A DNA stretch of 64,000 nt, taken from NCBI RefSeq assembly GCF_964188315.1, contig NC_135659.1, forward strand, positions 59,396,001 to 59,460,000, written 5' to 3'. This DNA comes from Podarcis muralis (lineage: Eukaryota). Of this stretch, positions 30,650 through 43,014 are shown one piece after another. The notes below the pieces were generated by a model that worked only from the letters and a program-made list of their open reading frames with translations, was not told the DNA's origin and searched no databases. How positions within the stretch are numbered: the stretch's first letter is position 1; every line of letters starts with the position of its first letter. A program made the translations under genes and the position numbers.

Positions 30650-33600
30650 TCCACAGTAAAACAGCATAGCAATACCTATGGAAAGAGCAATGGGGGTGGT
30701 TCTGGATTTCAATGAGATGCACACATTAAATCAGGAATGGGGAACCTTTTATAGGCTAAGTGATATATCCCCATGTGGGCATAGCTAGAGGCAAAAGTGG
30801 GTGGACTCTTGCCTTTGATTAGTAGGCAACATTCAAGCCACACACAGTTCAGAGGTTTCTACACAGAAATCTCTATCCAGGCAAGTAAGAGGCATGGTCA
30901 AAGTTCAAGGGCACAGTGCAGCCATGCAAAAGGACTCAATGAGTGCTTTGGATCAGGGTCACTGAAGGATGTGGCATGGGAAGAGGGCTGAGGACTGGAC
31001 CTGAAGTTCCCACCCCTCTTTAAATGTTCTGCAAAATAATAAAAGAAACAGGGACCTCTAGCAGAAGCTACACTAAGAGGACCTCATTGCTGAGAAGAAG
31101 TAGACAATGCACTATACCATCACACAAGAGGCCGATCTGTTTAATTAGTGCTGGATTTGAATGACTCAATTAACAATCACTCCACCAATGTGAGTTCTGC
31201 AAGTATCACTTTTTGGCTCTGCAAAATCCTTTTGTACCTGAGATTTTTAGAGGTCCCAATTCAGGAGTCAAGGTGGGACCACACGTTAAATTGTTCATGT
31301 GATAATGGCAGTATTTCCAATCACCACAGATCAATAACCATCATGGATCACTGCTTCTTATTGTGTCAGGTAATTATGCATCAGCAGAAGCCAGCCTGGG
31401 CATAGTGTGTTCACTGGCACTCATACTGAATGGGCACACTCACCTGACTCAGGGGAAGGCACCTTTTGGCTTAAATCCTGTTACATAAGTTCTGAATCCA
31501 TACTAGACTCCAGTGATCTGTCGTTATGACTTAAGCAAGCTGCTCAGCTCCCAATCTCTTGCTCCAACTTGCTATCAAACCATCAGTCTCCATGCCCTTA
31601 CAGTCTCCCATTCCCACCCATCAATCCATTCTTCCCCCTGTTCTTTGAAAACCTGTTTCCTTTACAACATATAAAATTTGCAAGAATGCAATTGACTTCA
31701 GTTGTACCATTCACTCCAATAATTGAATCTGAGTTTCCTTGGTGTAAAACTTTTTAGCTATAAAATTCATGTTTCCTGTTTATGAATGACTATTAAGAGA
31801 CTTTCTAGGGCAGCTGTGAATGGACGGATGGGCATCATACAAATGAATTGTGGGACTAAGACAAGGGCATCTCTTGCACCAGGTCAGAAATTCAGAAATG
31901 TAGTTTTGTGCAGCTGCCATGTGTCATTATTATTTGAAATATTGTTTTAAAGCATTTATATACTGCTCTTCATCCTATCTGGATTCCAGGGTGATGTACA
32001 ATGAAAATTTACCCTCAATGAGCAAGCTAACTTTTCTTCAGCTTGTCCGTGAAGTCCATAGCCCAGTCCCACTTAGTGTTGGCTGCAAAAATCAATGCAG
32101 GGCAGCAGGGAAATAGTTATCTGTATCCGTCCAACCACTTTTGAAATAAAATGCAGGGATTCTGCTTGTTAGCTGATGGTTCTCAGTGCTGTGTCCTAAT
32201 TGCTTGACAAATCTGCCTCCCGGGGAAGAACTATGTAGGTCTGTTTAACTCTCATCCCTGGGAAATTAGTAGCTGAAATGTCACTGGCACCAAGGATAAG
32301 AACATTAGTCCTAGCAAATATCACCATTTCCTAGACAACAAAGTAAGCTCAAGCCAAGTATCTCATCTGCTCTGATGCCAGTAGGGGACTTTGTACTTGA
32401 GATCAATAGGAGAGATAGATTTCCATTCTAACTTCACCATGTATATACTGTAGTCACTGAGGAAGAAGGATCTTGGTTACCAGGTGCATATACTAGTCAC
32501 AGCATCACAGAAAAGGAAGATATTGGTGGACCCAAAGACCACCTGATCAGCGCTCATCATGGGGCCACCTCTATCTACTAGACACCCACTGAAAGATCTT
32601 GGTAATCCAGACCAATCTTTATGCCATAAAGAGTGAGCAGGTGTGTGTCACATTTAGGCTTCCCCATACTCCTAGAAAGCAGTATCTACTTCCAGCATGT
32701 GATTGATTATTTTGTTTTAATTTCAACTTCTTTTGCTGGCAAGGAGTAATCCACATTTTATGCCTTTTGGCTGCTTCTCAGAGGCATGTTCCAGGATTGC
32801 TTAGTTGCTAAGAGCCCATGCACAGGGCTCGTTCCAAAACACAAGGCAAGCAAGCTTATGGAGCTATGTGCTTACATTGTGTCCACTGCAAGCTTCACCA
32901 GCCCTAAAATGTCAGCCTAAAAAAGGATTACAAAGCAAATTGTTGCTTTCATTCTCCTAGCAATGCTCTCTTCTCAAAAGTTTCTCGCTGGTGCAGCACA
33001 AATTGTTAGCTCATTGGCTGGGTTTCAGTAGTTGTTGCAGATGATCCTGCACTTACATTTTAGAAGGTTCCATTTTTCAAATGCACAAGATTTCATGTTT
33101 TGTTTTTCCTTTTTTGTCAAATCATTCTCAAACCCCTCAGGCAGGCTCAGAGAGCATCCCCTTGGAAGGCACTGATAAAATACACACCTGCCTGTGTGTG
33201 GATATTTTCCCCCTCAATGTGCCAAGCAAGCAATTGTCCAGATTTTTCAAAGCAAATCTATGAAATTAACACATATCAAAGCAGCAGAGACAAAACTAGT
33301 ACCGCAGCTGATTTATTAATGGTTTGGTAACATTCCTGATAGAGCTTCAATATTCAGAGTCAATTAACAAGCAATCCCTCTTCCAAGGAACAGTCGAAAC
33401 TATATCCCTCTGAGGGGAAAAGGGTCACTTCCCAGGATTCTTTGGGGGAAGTCAAGATTGTTTAAAGTGGTATGATAATGCTTTAAATGTATTGTGCAGA
33501 TAGAGCCCAAGATCCATCAAAGACAGTGGGACACACTTCCCAGTAAGCAAACGTATGATTGTGCTATGAGACGGCAAGGAAAGAGTGAGCAAGTGATGCT

Positions 33601-34174
33601 GTAGGCAACACTGACCCCTCCTCAAAATGACCTTCGAGTACATCTGTATTGACTTTGAATCAGTCCACAAAACAAGACAGAGGAAGATGCAGCAAAAGCA
33701 GAGTGGGAAGGAGCAGATTACATGAATTGGGAAAGCAGTGAGAGCAGAAATAAGACAAATGAAAATAGGATTTTACTTTGTTTCCATTAATTGTTATTTA
33801 ATTTGTGTATTTAAGGAGGGGAAAGCCACCCCTTACCGATTGACTTGTATTGTACGTGCTGCTACCGGCATCACTGATGCTCTCATACTTTGTCTTAAAA
33901 TTATTTCTTACATGAAAAGCAAAAAATAGTCATGGGAGGGTGAATGCTCCATTTTATCTGTGGTACTCTCTGCAAAATTACAAGGTAATGATGCATGCAT
34001 GAGCCTAGGCCTTTTCATTGTTCCTTTTATGGTGTGAGTTAGCAATTTCCTTGGAGGACCAGGTAGAAAACGGGCTGGTAGTTGACATGCTTGTTCTGCT
34101 GCTGATCTTCTTTAAGCCATATACAGCTGGTTCATATATAGAAGCATGCAGGCTCATGGTGGGAAGCAAGCAGA

Positions 34175-34250
34175 AGTGTAGTGTAGTGTAGTGTAGTGTA
34201 GTGTAGTGTAGTGTAGTGTAGTGCTTAGACTAGAGTATTGGACCTAGGAG
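34175..34250 (+). repeat. (AGTGT)9 microsatellite in a MIR/Squam3-like SINE head
   Basis: Repeat at 34175-34223, followed by CTTAGACTAGAGTATTGGACCTAGGAG. Confidence 0.7.
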
Positions 34251-34333
34251 TCCTAGAGTTGGTAGGAATTGAACATGGGACCTTCTGTACCTTCAGATGC
34301 TCTTCCTTTGAGCTACAGTCCTTCACGTAAGAC

Positions 34334-34469
34334 CAGGCATTGGCAAACTCGGCCCTCCAGATGTTTTGGGACTACAACTCCCATCATCCCTAGCTAACAG
34401 GACCAGCGGGCAGGGATGATGGGAGTTGTAGTCCCAAAACATCTGGCAGACCAAGTTTGCCTATGCCTG
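34334..34469. mobile_element. Palindromic hAT MITE
   Basis: TIR CAGGCATTGGCAAACT/AGTTTGCCTATGCCTG, a perfect inner 35-bp inverted repeat (34357-34391/34412-34446) and an imperfect 8-bp TSD CGTAAGAC/CTTAAGAT. Confidence 0.9.
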
Positions 34470-36369
34470 CTTAAGATTGTAAGTTGCAGTCAAAAATATC
34501 TGAAGGCCACCAGGTTAGAGAAGGCTGCTTAGAGGTGGTGCTAAAGGGTTAAGAACCACACATTCCTCAAACATTTCCTTTTGGTGGAGAGGTCTTGAAA
34601 TACCTTTTGTTGTTATAGCCTATGCTCAGCTCAACACACCTGCCAGGAAGCACTTCTCAGTCTTGGAATTTAACCAACGCCTTGCAAAGCACGGAACTGG
34701 AGGCTGCATATATTCCTTGCCTCCATTCGTGCATTGACTGATTGAAAGGGCATGCAGCTACCAAGATATATTTCATTGCTTGTTCATCAAAAAAATATTC
34801 AACTACTCAAAGTCATAGGGTAAAAGCTTGAAGAAAGGGAAAGCAGAGCAATTGGGGAAGATGAGCCACTGGGCCCAGAGATGTGGGGTTGGATGGTAAG
34901 CGGAAAGAGAGTTTTGCTTTGGAGAAGCTCGGGGCTCTAGAATTAGGTCATCCTGCACCTTCAGGTGGGGAGTCTTCCCACATGGCCAACCCACACATAA
35001 AGGCATCTGATCAGTGCTGATCATATCAAGAGTGGGTTCAAGGAGACAGGTCTTGTTTGTCCCAAGGATGGGTGAATCAAAAGGAATGGCAAATGAAGGC
35101 TGACGCCTCCTCTGCAGCAAGGCATGCCTTCCCCTGTGTGCCGCTCGCTGAATGATTGATGTGGGAGACTCCTCCGAGAGAAAGTTTCTAACCAAGAGAG
35201 GGAACAGGCACAGACGTTTAAGGCCTCCAGAGATGTGGAATTAATTTCAAAGTAAGGCGGAGGAAGAGCCTGCAAAGCCCCCTCTTCCTGGACGAGGAAT
35301 ATGATTTGTAAATTAATTTTAAAAGCTCCTCCTGGACTGAAACGAGTTGTAGAAGATGACGGCCCCCGAGGTGCTAGGATGAGCTACCTGATCTGCCACT
35401 GAAAGAGAATATCTTAGCTTGTCAGTGCTTCCAAGCCCTCTTTTATTTTGGTAAATCGGAGCCTTGTAAAACGAAATGAAAAGAGCTCGGCTGTTAAGTC
35501 CCCAACATTGCCTGACTTTGGAAGGAGAGAAGGAAGCATCTGCATCACACTGTGATGCTCTGAGTGCCAAGCGCCCTCCTGCTGAATGAGGTATGTGCCC
35601 TTCCTGCCTTCCTGGCAACAGTCGGCAGGGCACAGCAAGGTGATCGTGCTTTAAAAATCACCCTTGCGCTTATTGTCGCCCATGAGGATGTCATGCTGAA
35701 AACACCGAGGCAGGCAAGGGAATGCTAGCAATGCTGAATGCCTGCCCTACTTTGTAAGGTTCATATAAGGTGGTTGTCTCTGTGGCAGATTGAAATGCAA
35801 AGATACATTGAAAGCGACACTCCTTGCAGGTTTCTTCATATGCACTGCTTCCCTTGCCAAGCAGGAGTCTGGATCTGCATTTCTCAAACACTGCTGCCCC
35901 CAACAAGCCTTTGAAACTTGAGGATATTGCCAGAACACATTGTAAAGCAGCACAGATCATGTAAAATGCAAAGTGGTCCCCCGCCCCGCCCCCCCATACA
36001 ATGCTTTCCTCATCGCTCCTTATTGACATATTCAGTCATAGATTTTTTCCACCACCTGTTTTCGTTTCATGTTGTTTTATTTTTCTCTTATTTTTAAGCC
36101 TGTTTCCATTTTGCTCACCAGGGGCTATAACCAACCTGCTTGCTTTTGAAAATACTAATTAAGGCATTAAAACTGGAATGACAGCCACAGGTGAATTGGT
36201 CTCAGAAAAATCAGGGGGAAGAAAAAGGAACAGATGTTTGGTTCCCATTTGGAAATGGGGGAAGTTAAGTTGTAGCACCGATCAGATGCGGCACTTCTTC
36301 AGGATAGGCAATAAATGTTCAGATTTGCACATATGATGGTCTCTAGCAGGGCTGGGGAAACTATGGTGT

Positions 36370-36818
36370 TGTCAGGAGCTCGTCCTACACTCGAGTAGGA
36401 CCCTGGTAGAGACACATACCCAACTAGCATGTTCTCTCTCTCTCCTGGTCGTTCGTTCGGGAGCTTCAAAAGCTTTCTTCAGCCCAATCATCACAGCGAC
36501 CGATGCTAACAGACATCGGCACACTTAGGGATCCGCAGAGTCTTTGCAGCTTGCGTAACAGACCTCAGCAACTCAGCATTTTGGCTAATCTACTTTATTT
36601 ACATATAAACACACAGGGAGCACTGCAACATGGCTCCCTCTCTCTCTAGCATCAGACAGCAAAGAGAAAAAGAACAAAGGACAATAGTCCCACTTCACGG
36701 AACACAATAACACAAACATCCTGTCTCCGTCACTTCCCACTCTGTGGAGTCAAAACATACACCGTCATGTGATAGACAAAAATCCCATGACTGCAATAAC
36801 GGAGCAGGAATTCTAACA
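36370..36818 (-). mobile_element. Solo LTR (Gypsy-like)
   Basis: TG...CA ends with short inverted termini TGTCAGGA/TTCTAACA, minus-strand AATAAA, and 4-bp flanks GTGT/GTTT. Confidence 0.7.
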
Positions 36819-37457
36819 GTTTGCTGGACTCCAGCTTCCCTCATTTCTAACTCTTGGCTATGCTGGAGGCAGCTGATAGACTACACTACACTACATTATG
36901 AGCAAAGGCTGGTATATGTAACAGCTGCTCAATTCTGCAGTTTGAATGGAGGGATGAGTCATCCAAAAAGATATTTCACAGCAGAATCAGGCTCAAATCA
37001 TGCATTGCATGAAATTTTTCATATGTGTTTTCTCTCTATTCCTTTTTTTAAAAAAACAGCCCAAATCATGTGTGACGGTGCCCAAGTTTTTATTTCCTAA
37101 GAGTAATATAACTGATGAATCAACTCTTTTTGGTAAATGGTAGGAGTGTGCATTCAATTTTAAAATTAATGAAAAAATAAATGAATGAATTCCCATGTAT
37201 TATAAATTTTTTACATTTTACATTTTTTTAAATGTAAAATGAATGTAAAGACGTAAATGATGTAAAGTGGGGGACCTAACTGTGGGTACATTAGTCTTCA
37301 TTTTTGCTTTATCTAATCTGCAGGTAGGATGGCTGGAAAATTCCTGAAAAATTAATGTCATTTGAATAGAAAGCACCAAAGCTCATAGAAATATAAGCTA
37401 CCTTATATGGAGTCAGACCACTTGTTTATTTAACTCAATTCTACAGAGGGGTTCTAC

Positions 37458-37611
37458 AGAGCCAACTCCTAGGGGCCATGGGGTCTTCGGCCCCCACAAA
37501 GTTGATGGGCACTGCCTTTCAAATGGTTTGTGTGCACTGTGTCATGTGATTGATTATGTGGAGTGGGGCTTACTTGAGCCCCCACAATATTTTATTCAAG
37601 TTGGTACACCT
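37458..37611. mobile_element. hAT-like MITE fragment
   Basis: GAGCCAACTCCTAGGGGCC...CAATATTTTATTCAAGTTGGTACACCTG. Confidence 0.5.
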
Positions 37612-38129
37612 GTACAGAGATGGGAAATACCACGTGGGCACAAAATTCAGCAAAGTGCAAATTTTGAAAGATAACTGTTTAAGTTTGTAGAATGTCTTAG
37701 AAAGTGCCAATTTAGGTAGGTTTGCATTGAATTCCATGCTGAACTTAATTTCTCCTCCATCTTAGCTGGGAGAAGATTGATTTCTTACTGCACCCATTAT
37801 TTCCCAACCTCTGCAAATAAAAAAAAAGGCTTAGAGACTTACTCCTTTAAAATAAAATAAAAAGCTGAAAACTCACAGAAGGGGCTGGATTTTATCCCCG
37901 AGGGGCTAAGCTGTTGCAGTACCCCTCTACCTGTGGCTCTGGCCTAGGTCACATTCACACCCTACATTTAAATATATATTTTATTAAAGATGTCTTAGTT
38001 TACAAAAATACGTGCATTGTCTCCTTTTTCAAGTTGCGTTTTCTACAGATCAGTTCCATTTGCTATGAGACATTCATGTTACCACACCCTACATTTAGAG
38101 CACATCCAACGCATATTTAAAATACATGG

Positions 38130-38561
38130 TGTCAGGGAACTGACATCGGAGCTAGAGGCGAAGGGAAGGCCCTCAGATGATGCTGGAGAAGGGCCCAGCA
38201 GGGAGAGAGGCAGCTCATTAGAGGGGGAAGCAAATCAGCGCAACACCAGGGATAAAGGGGGGCAGATGGGGGAATCGGCGAGAGGGCTCCAGGACTCTTC
38301 ACTGGACACCAGCGGGGAGAGCACAGGTCCTCCGCTACCCACACCCTCCCTGCGCAGAAGACTTCCGTGCAGTGAGAGGAGGAGGAGACTGGGCGTCAAA
38401 CAACTTTTATGTTGGAAGAGGTTTAAGAAACACCCACTGACGGATTCTGCTAGCAACTGAGGCAGCCACGGTGAGAAGGGCTGTCCGGTCAGAAAGGTTT
38501 AACAAGGCAATTTAGCCTGGAGAGGCGGCAGCTTACGCACGAGCAACCCATAAGCATTACA
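38130..38561. mobile_element. Solo LTR with perfect 5-bp TSD, inserted in a Harbinger-like MITE
   Basis: TGTCA...TTACA termini; CATGG at 38125-38129 and 38562-38566; the flanks join into ACATTT..AAAATACATGGCTTC of the MITE family. Confidence 0.85.
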
Positions 38562-39036
38562 CATGGCTTCACCTAAGAACTCTGGGAATGGTAGTTTCCC
38601 TCTCACAGAGCTGCAATTCCCAAGCCCCTTAAACTACAGTTCCCAGAATTCTTTTGGAGGAAGCCATGTGCTTTAAATGTGCATGAAATGTGTTCTGTGC
38701 CTGGATACCTGGCCTCTAGACAGCGCAGAACAGAATGGGAACAGATGAAGCCCTTTTAAAACCACTTTCAAGATAATTGGTCATCTTGCACTCATTTCTG
38801 GAATGCTGAGTATGTCTAGCAAAACAGTAAGATTGCTTTGTGTATTTTTGTGTAGACCGGCAATGAAACGCCTTGATGCTTATCTTTAGGAACTTTGCAT
38901 GCATTATCTGAATGTCTGAACTTTGAAATGCATTTTCTGAAAGTCGTGTTTGTTTCCTTTCTTTTTCTCTGATTACTTTGCTTTCTATATTACATATATA
39001 TTTGAGACAGTGTAAAAGAAAGATAAACCTGGCTAA

Positions 39037-39218
39037 GGGGGAAGGGACACAGCTCAGTAGTGGAACATCTGCTTTGCATGCAGAAGGTCTTAGGTTCAAT
39101 CCCTGTCCCCTAAACCGGGGAAGGAGACTCCTGTTTGATAGCCTGGAGAGCTGCTCCAAATCAGTGTAGATGGTACTGAGATAGATGGACCCATGGTTTG
39201 CAGTTTCCTATGTCCCTA
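39037..39218 (+). mobile_element. Squam2-like SINE (tRNA-Ala-like head)
   Basis: AGCTCAGTAGTGGAACATCTGCTTTGCATGCAGAAGGTCTTAGGTTCAATCCCTG, then CCTGGAGAGCTGC..AGATGGACC..CAGTTTCCTATGTCCCTA. Confidence 0.85.
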
Positions 39219-40010
39219 AGTGGCACTTCATGGGGTTTTGAAGCTGCCACAGGACTTCTTCATGAAAGCAGAATGGAAGTTCAGTTTGCCCTGTTGGTCA
39301 GGAGGAATGTTAAAGCAGAGATAAAAGCTAATACGTTGCACCATCCAGAGAGTTTATTTCTAATGAAGGCTACCCATCGATCACTCTGAATTGTCTTCAA
39401 GGCAGAGAGAAGCTGTGAAGGCAGTGGAATGAAAGACACATGCAGTCCAGAAACTGCACTTCTGACCCAGCTTCGGGGGTGTGCCAATAGTGGCTGATAT
39501 TAATGCTCTGAAGTATTGCTCCAATTAATTAAAAGTTGGCCAGCTTGCTAATCTCCTACAGATAAAACAGCAGGTTAATAACACACTAGCCTGAAGAACT
39601 GGATTTGGGCAGAGTGTAATGTGTTTTCTCAAAGGAGGACCAGAACCAAAAAAACCCCCAAAACAAACAAAAAAACCCAGCCAGGGTGGAATCTCTGACT
39701 AACTATTGGCCAAGATGGAAATACATTCAGCAAAACTTGTCTCCCTGCGATTGACATCTAGGCTTTCTTCCTTGTGAATTATTTCCTCCATCGAAGATGT
39801 GCTGTGTAATTCCCACAAATCTGATGGACACACAAGTCACCAAAGCTACAAATAACACTGCCCTGGGCTTCTTTGGGAGGAAAGGGTAGTACACAAAAAG
39901 TTAACAAACTTCCTGCCTCTCACAGCCCGCATCATTGCAACCATTGTGCTGTAGCTAAGGAGAAAGTTGACATTTCCAAAACAATTTTTTTTTAAGAGTA
40001 AGTAAAAATC

Positions 40011-40046
40011 TGTTTGTTTGTTTGTTTGTTTGTTTGTTTGTTTGTT
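40011..40046. repeat. (TGTT)9 microsatellite
   Basis: Direct reading. Confidence 0.95.
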
Positions 40047-41985
40047 TTAAACAAACACTGATTTAAAAAGAAAGAAAGAAATTCAGTGTATTTCAGAAAG
40101 GTAACTCCAAATGTCAACACCTCCACGTGCAGCCTGAAGTGAAAAGGTGTGTATTTATGCGCTTAACACTTACAAAAGCACCTAAAATTTTCTAAGCATT
40201 GATTTGTGCAGACGTTAAAAGGCAAGACTGTCCCTGTCTGAAGTTTCACAATCTAACAGACAAGATACAAAAGGAAAAAGGAAGATTGGGGGAGAGGAAA
40301 GCAAACAGCTGCATCTTTGTAGACTGGTGGGTAGAGTCACGCTGTTCTCTCTTTTGCCATAAAGTTTACCCAGAAAGGCAGAGAGTTCAGACTTCTACTG
40401 GTTCTGTGCAGGGAGCACAACCTCCTAGTAGAAGCCTACCCTGGCCCTTAGGCTGATAGATGGGACCAGAGTGTGCTTTCCTCCAGTTCTGCATCCCCAA
40501 GGCAACTGGTGGTTAGAGCTTAATGTTATTTTAAATGTATCTCTTGATTCTGCTGCATGTATCGTTTAGCTGTGGACCAAGAGCACCTCCAGACCATCAC
40601 TGTTCTGTGGGAAGGATTCAAGCTAATGGCAGAACTTTATGTTTACAGAATTAAAGTGGATCAAACGGCTTTGTCACTCCTGGCATAACAAATAAACTTT
40701 TTTTTAAATGGACTTTTTGCTGTTAAGAGCACGATGGAGAAATGCACTTAAATGTGTGGGATGAATGAATGATGAACAGGAAGACATGTAGACACCTTGC
40801 AAGCAAAACAGAATGTATGTTCTTTTGCCCTATAAGGAAATCAGAATGAACACTTAAAAAAAGACCAGACATAGTCTCACCATTGCATAAACAAATCAGA
40901 ACGAATGCTGAATAAACAGGTTGCCTGGAGAAACCTCAAGTGTTGAAGACTTTCTTCTGAAACTCTGCTCTGCTAGACTCACTAGGTAACCTTGGACAAA
41001 CCATTACCTCTCATCCCCACCAAAGGGAATATTTACGACCTTTCTTCCCAGACTTAGGAATGAATAACAAGGGGTTGGTACACTATAAAATGCCATAGGA
41101 TTCATAAGTAATAATATGTGTTTCCTGCCATCTTCTGCTGACATTTCATATTATTTGCACACGCAAAAACCCACAACAACCTTTGTTTTTGAATAATTTA
41201 TTTTCAGAGCTTCTTTTTGATGATAAGCATGAAATTGTGTCAGCCATCATCATGCCCAGGGCCATGAAGGGCAGAGAGTCACCTCTCTAGTCATATTGCC
41301 TTCTTGTTTTTCCACTGTTGTTTGTGCTTACGGGTACATCCAGCCAGCTCCAGAGGAAGAAGAAATATTAAACATTGTATTTCCTCTTGGTGTATAAAGC
41401 AGGCACTGCAATATCCCCACTTCCAAAACTGCTCCTCTCTACCTCGCCCCCTCCTTGAGCTGTCCCGTACTCCATGGTGAGTTTTGCCAAAGAGAAGGGA
41501 GTGTTAGCCTGGAAAGAAGCCTCCGAGTGCCACTTAAGTGCTTCTGCCAGGGATTAAGCAGCCTAGGGCAATTCAGACCAAGCCACCAGACTTGCTCTGG
41601 GGATGGTGCCAGGAGCCACTTCCATCCAACTGGAGAAGCTGCTCCAGCTTGATAATGTCCTCCCCAAAGGGGAGGCATTTAAGCTCTGGTAAGGGAGGAA
41701 GAGAGGCGCTCTCTCCTACCTGCAAAAACAAACTGTTCTACTTGTTCAGTTGGTGAAACAGGCTAGCTGCATTGGGCCTTTCAGAATACTGCTTCTCTTT
41801 CTCATGGTAACCATTCCTGCCTTTTTCCTTGCCTTTCAAGGTCAGAGTCAAGCTAGCGAGCCTGCCCTTCCCTTCATCCCTTCCACATTATTAATCATAT
41901 TTAGCTAACCATGGAGAAAGCAGCTAAATACTAGGGACACCTGTCATGAAAACAAACAGCTGAGCCAGAATAAATTATAGCAAAT

Positions 41986-42135
41986 NNNNNNNNNNNNNNN
42001 NNNNNNNNNNNNNNNNNNNNNNNNNNNNNNNNNNNNNNNNNNNNNNNNNNNNNNNNNNNNNNNNNNNNNNNNNNNNNNNNNNNNNNNNNNNNNNNNNNNN
42101 NNNNNNNNNNNNNNNNNNNNNNNNNNNNNNNNNNN
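41986..42135. other. Assembly gap (150 N)
   Basis: Run of N. Confidence 1.
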
Positions 42136-42769
42136 GCTAAACTTATTCCTCCCCCCCCCCCCATAACACATCAAATGGCTGACACTTTCAGGAAAATCCA
42201 TGTGGCGTTTTCATACTGATGCAATATTCCAACTACAGACAAATGTGGGATTGATATTTTGCACAAATTTGGCATTTCAGAATACTTAGTTACTTTTTTT
42301 TATTTTGAAAGTTTCAAATATTCTTTTTGACATTTTCTTTGAGGAATATTTGCAGAGAAGGGAGCAATCTTGAGTCCTGTTGAGGAATTGTTTAAATTAT
42401 CCGTTTGCCAAATCCTTGACTCTTATATTGCAACAGGCTTTGGATAAAGCCCTTACATCTAAAGTGCCAATAGCTAGAAGGAATGCAAACAAGGAGGCAA
42501 AAAAGCAGGTTTTTTGCAAACAGATTTTTTCCACTGAGGTGGAAGTGATGCTGAGAGATCATTATACAGCCCAGCCCCCAATCCCATCACAATATAAAAC
42601 TCAGAAGCGCCCACAAGTCACATTCTGCACTGTCAGGCATAACAGAACATTTTGTTGCATTGTGTTATTCATCTCTTGGTATTCACCCTTTTATTTTTTA
42701 ACCTCTCAGGTTGAGGGGAACATTTTAGAATGGCAAGTTGTCCTGGGGATCATTTGACAGACATTCATT

Positions 42770-43014
42770 CTGCTGCTCTGGAAGGTAGGACCTGAACCAA
42801 TGGATTCAAATTACAGGAAAGGAGATTCCGATTAAACATTAATAATTTTTTGTTCAACAGTGGAATGAACTACCTCAGTAGGTGGTGGACTCTCATTCAT
42901 TGGAGGTTTTTAAACAGGGTTGGATAGCCATCTGTCATGGATTTTTAGCATTGCAGGGGGCTGGACTAGGGGAGTCTTTGGGTCCCTTCCAATTCTACAG
43001 TTCTATGATTCTAT
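42770..43014 (+). mobile_element. CR1 3' end
   Basis: Encodes EGRT.TNGFKLQERRFRLNI; ends GGTCCCTTCCAATTCTACAGTTCTATGATTCTAT. Confidence 0.9.

Noticed and set aside
30060-30724. Long ORFs in the track
   Set aside because: Artefacts of translating through the N gap (as are most ORFs spanning 41986-42135).
38017-38460. 147-aa ORF as a host gene
   Set aside because: It lies almost entirely in the solo LTR bounded by TG...CA and a TSD.
41567-41690. Plus-strand exon (GNSDQATRLALGMVPGATSIQLEKLLQLDNVLPKGEAFKL, donor TG|GTAAGG)
   Set aside because: The acceptor lacks a polypyrimidine tract; the similar peptide on both strands is due to a short imperfect palindrome; no homologue recognised.
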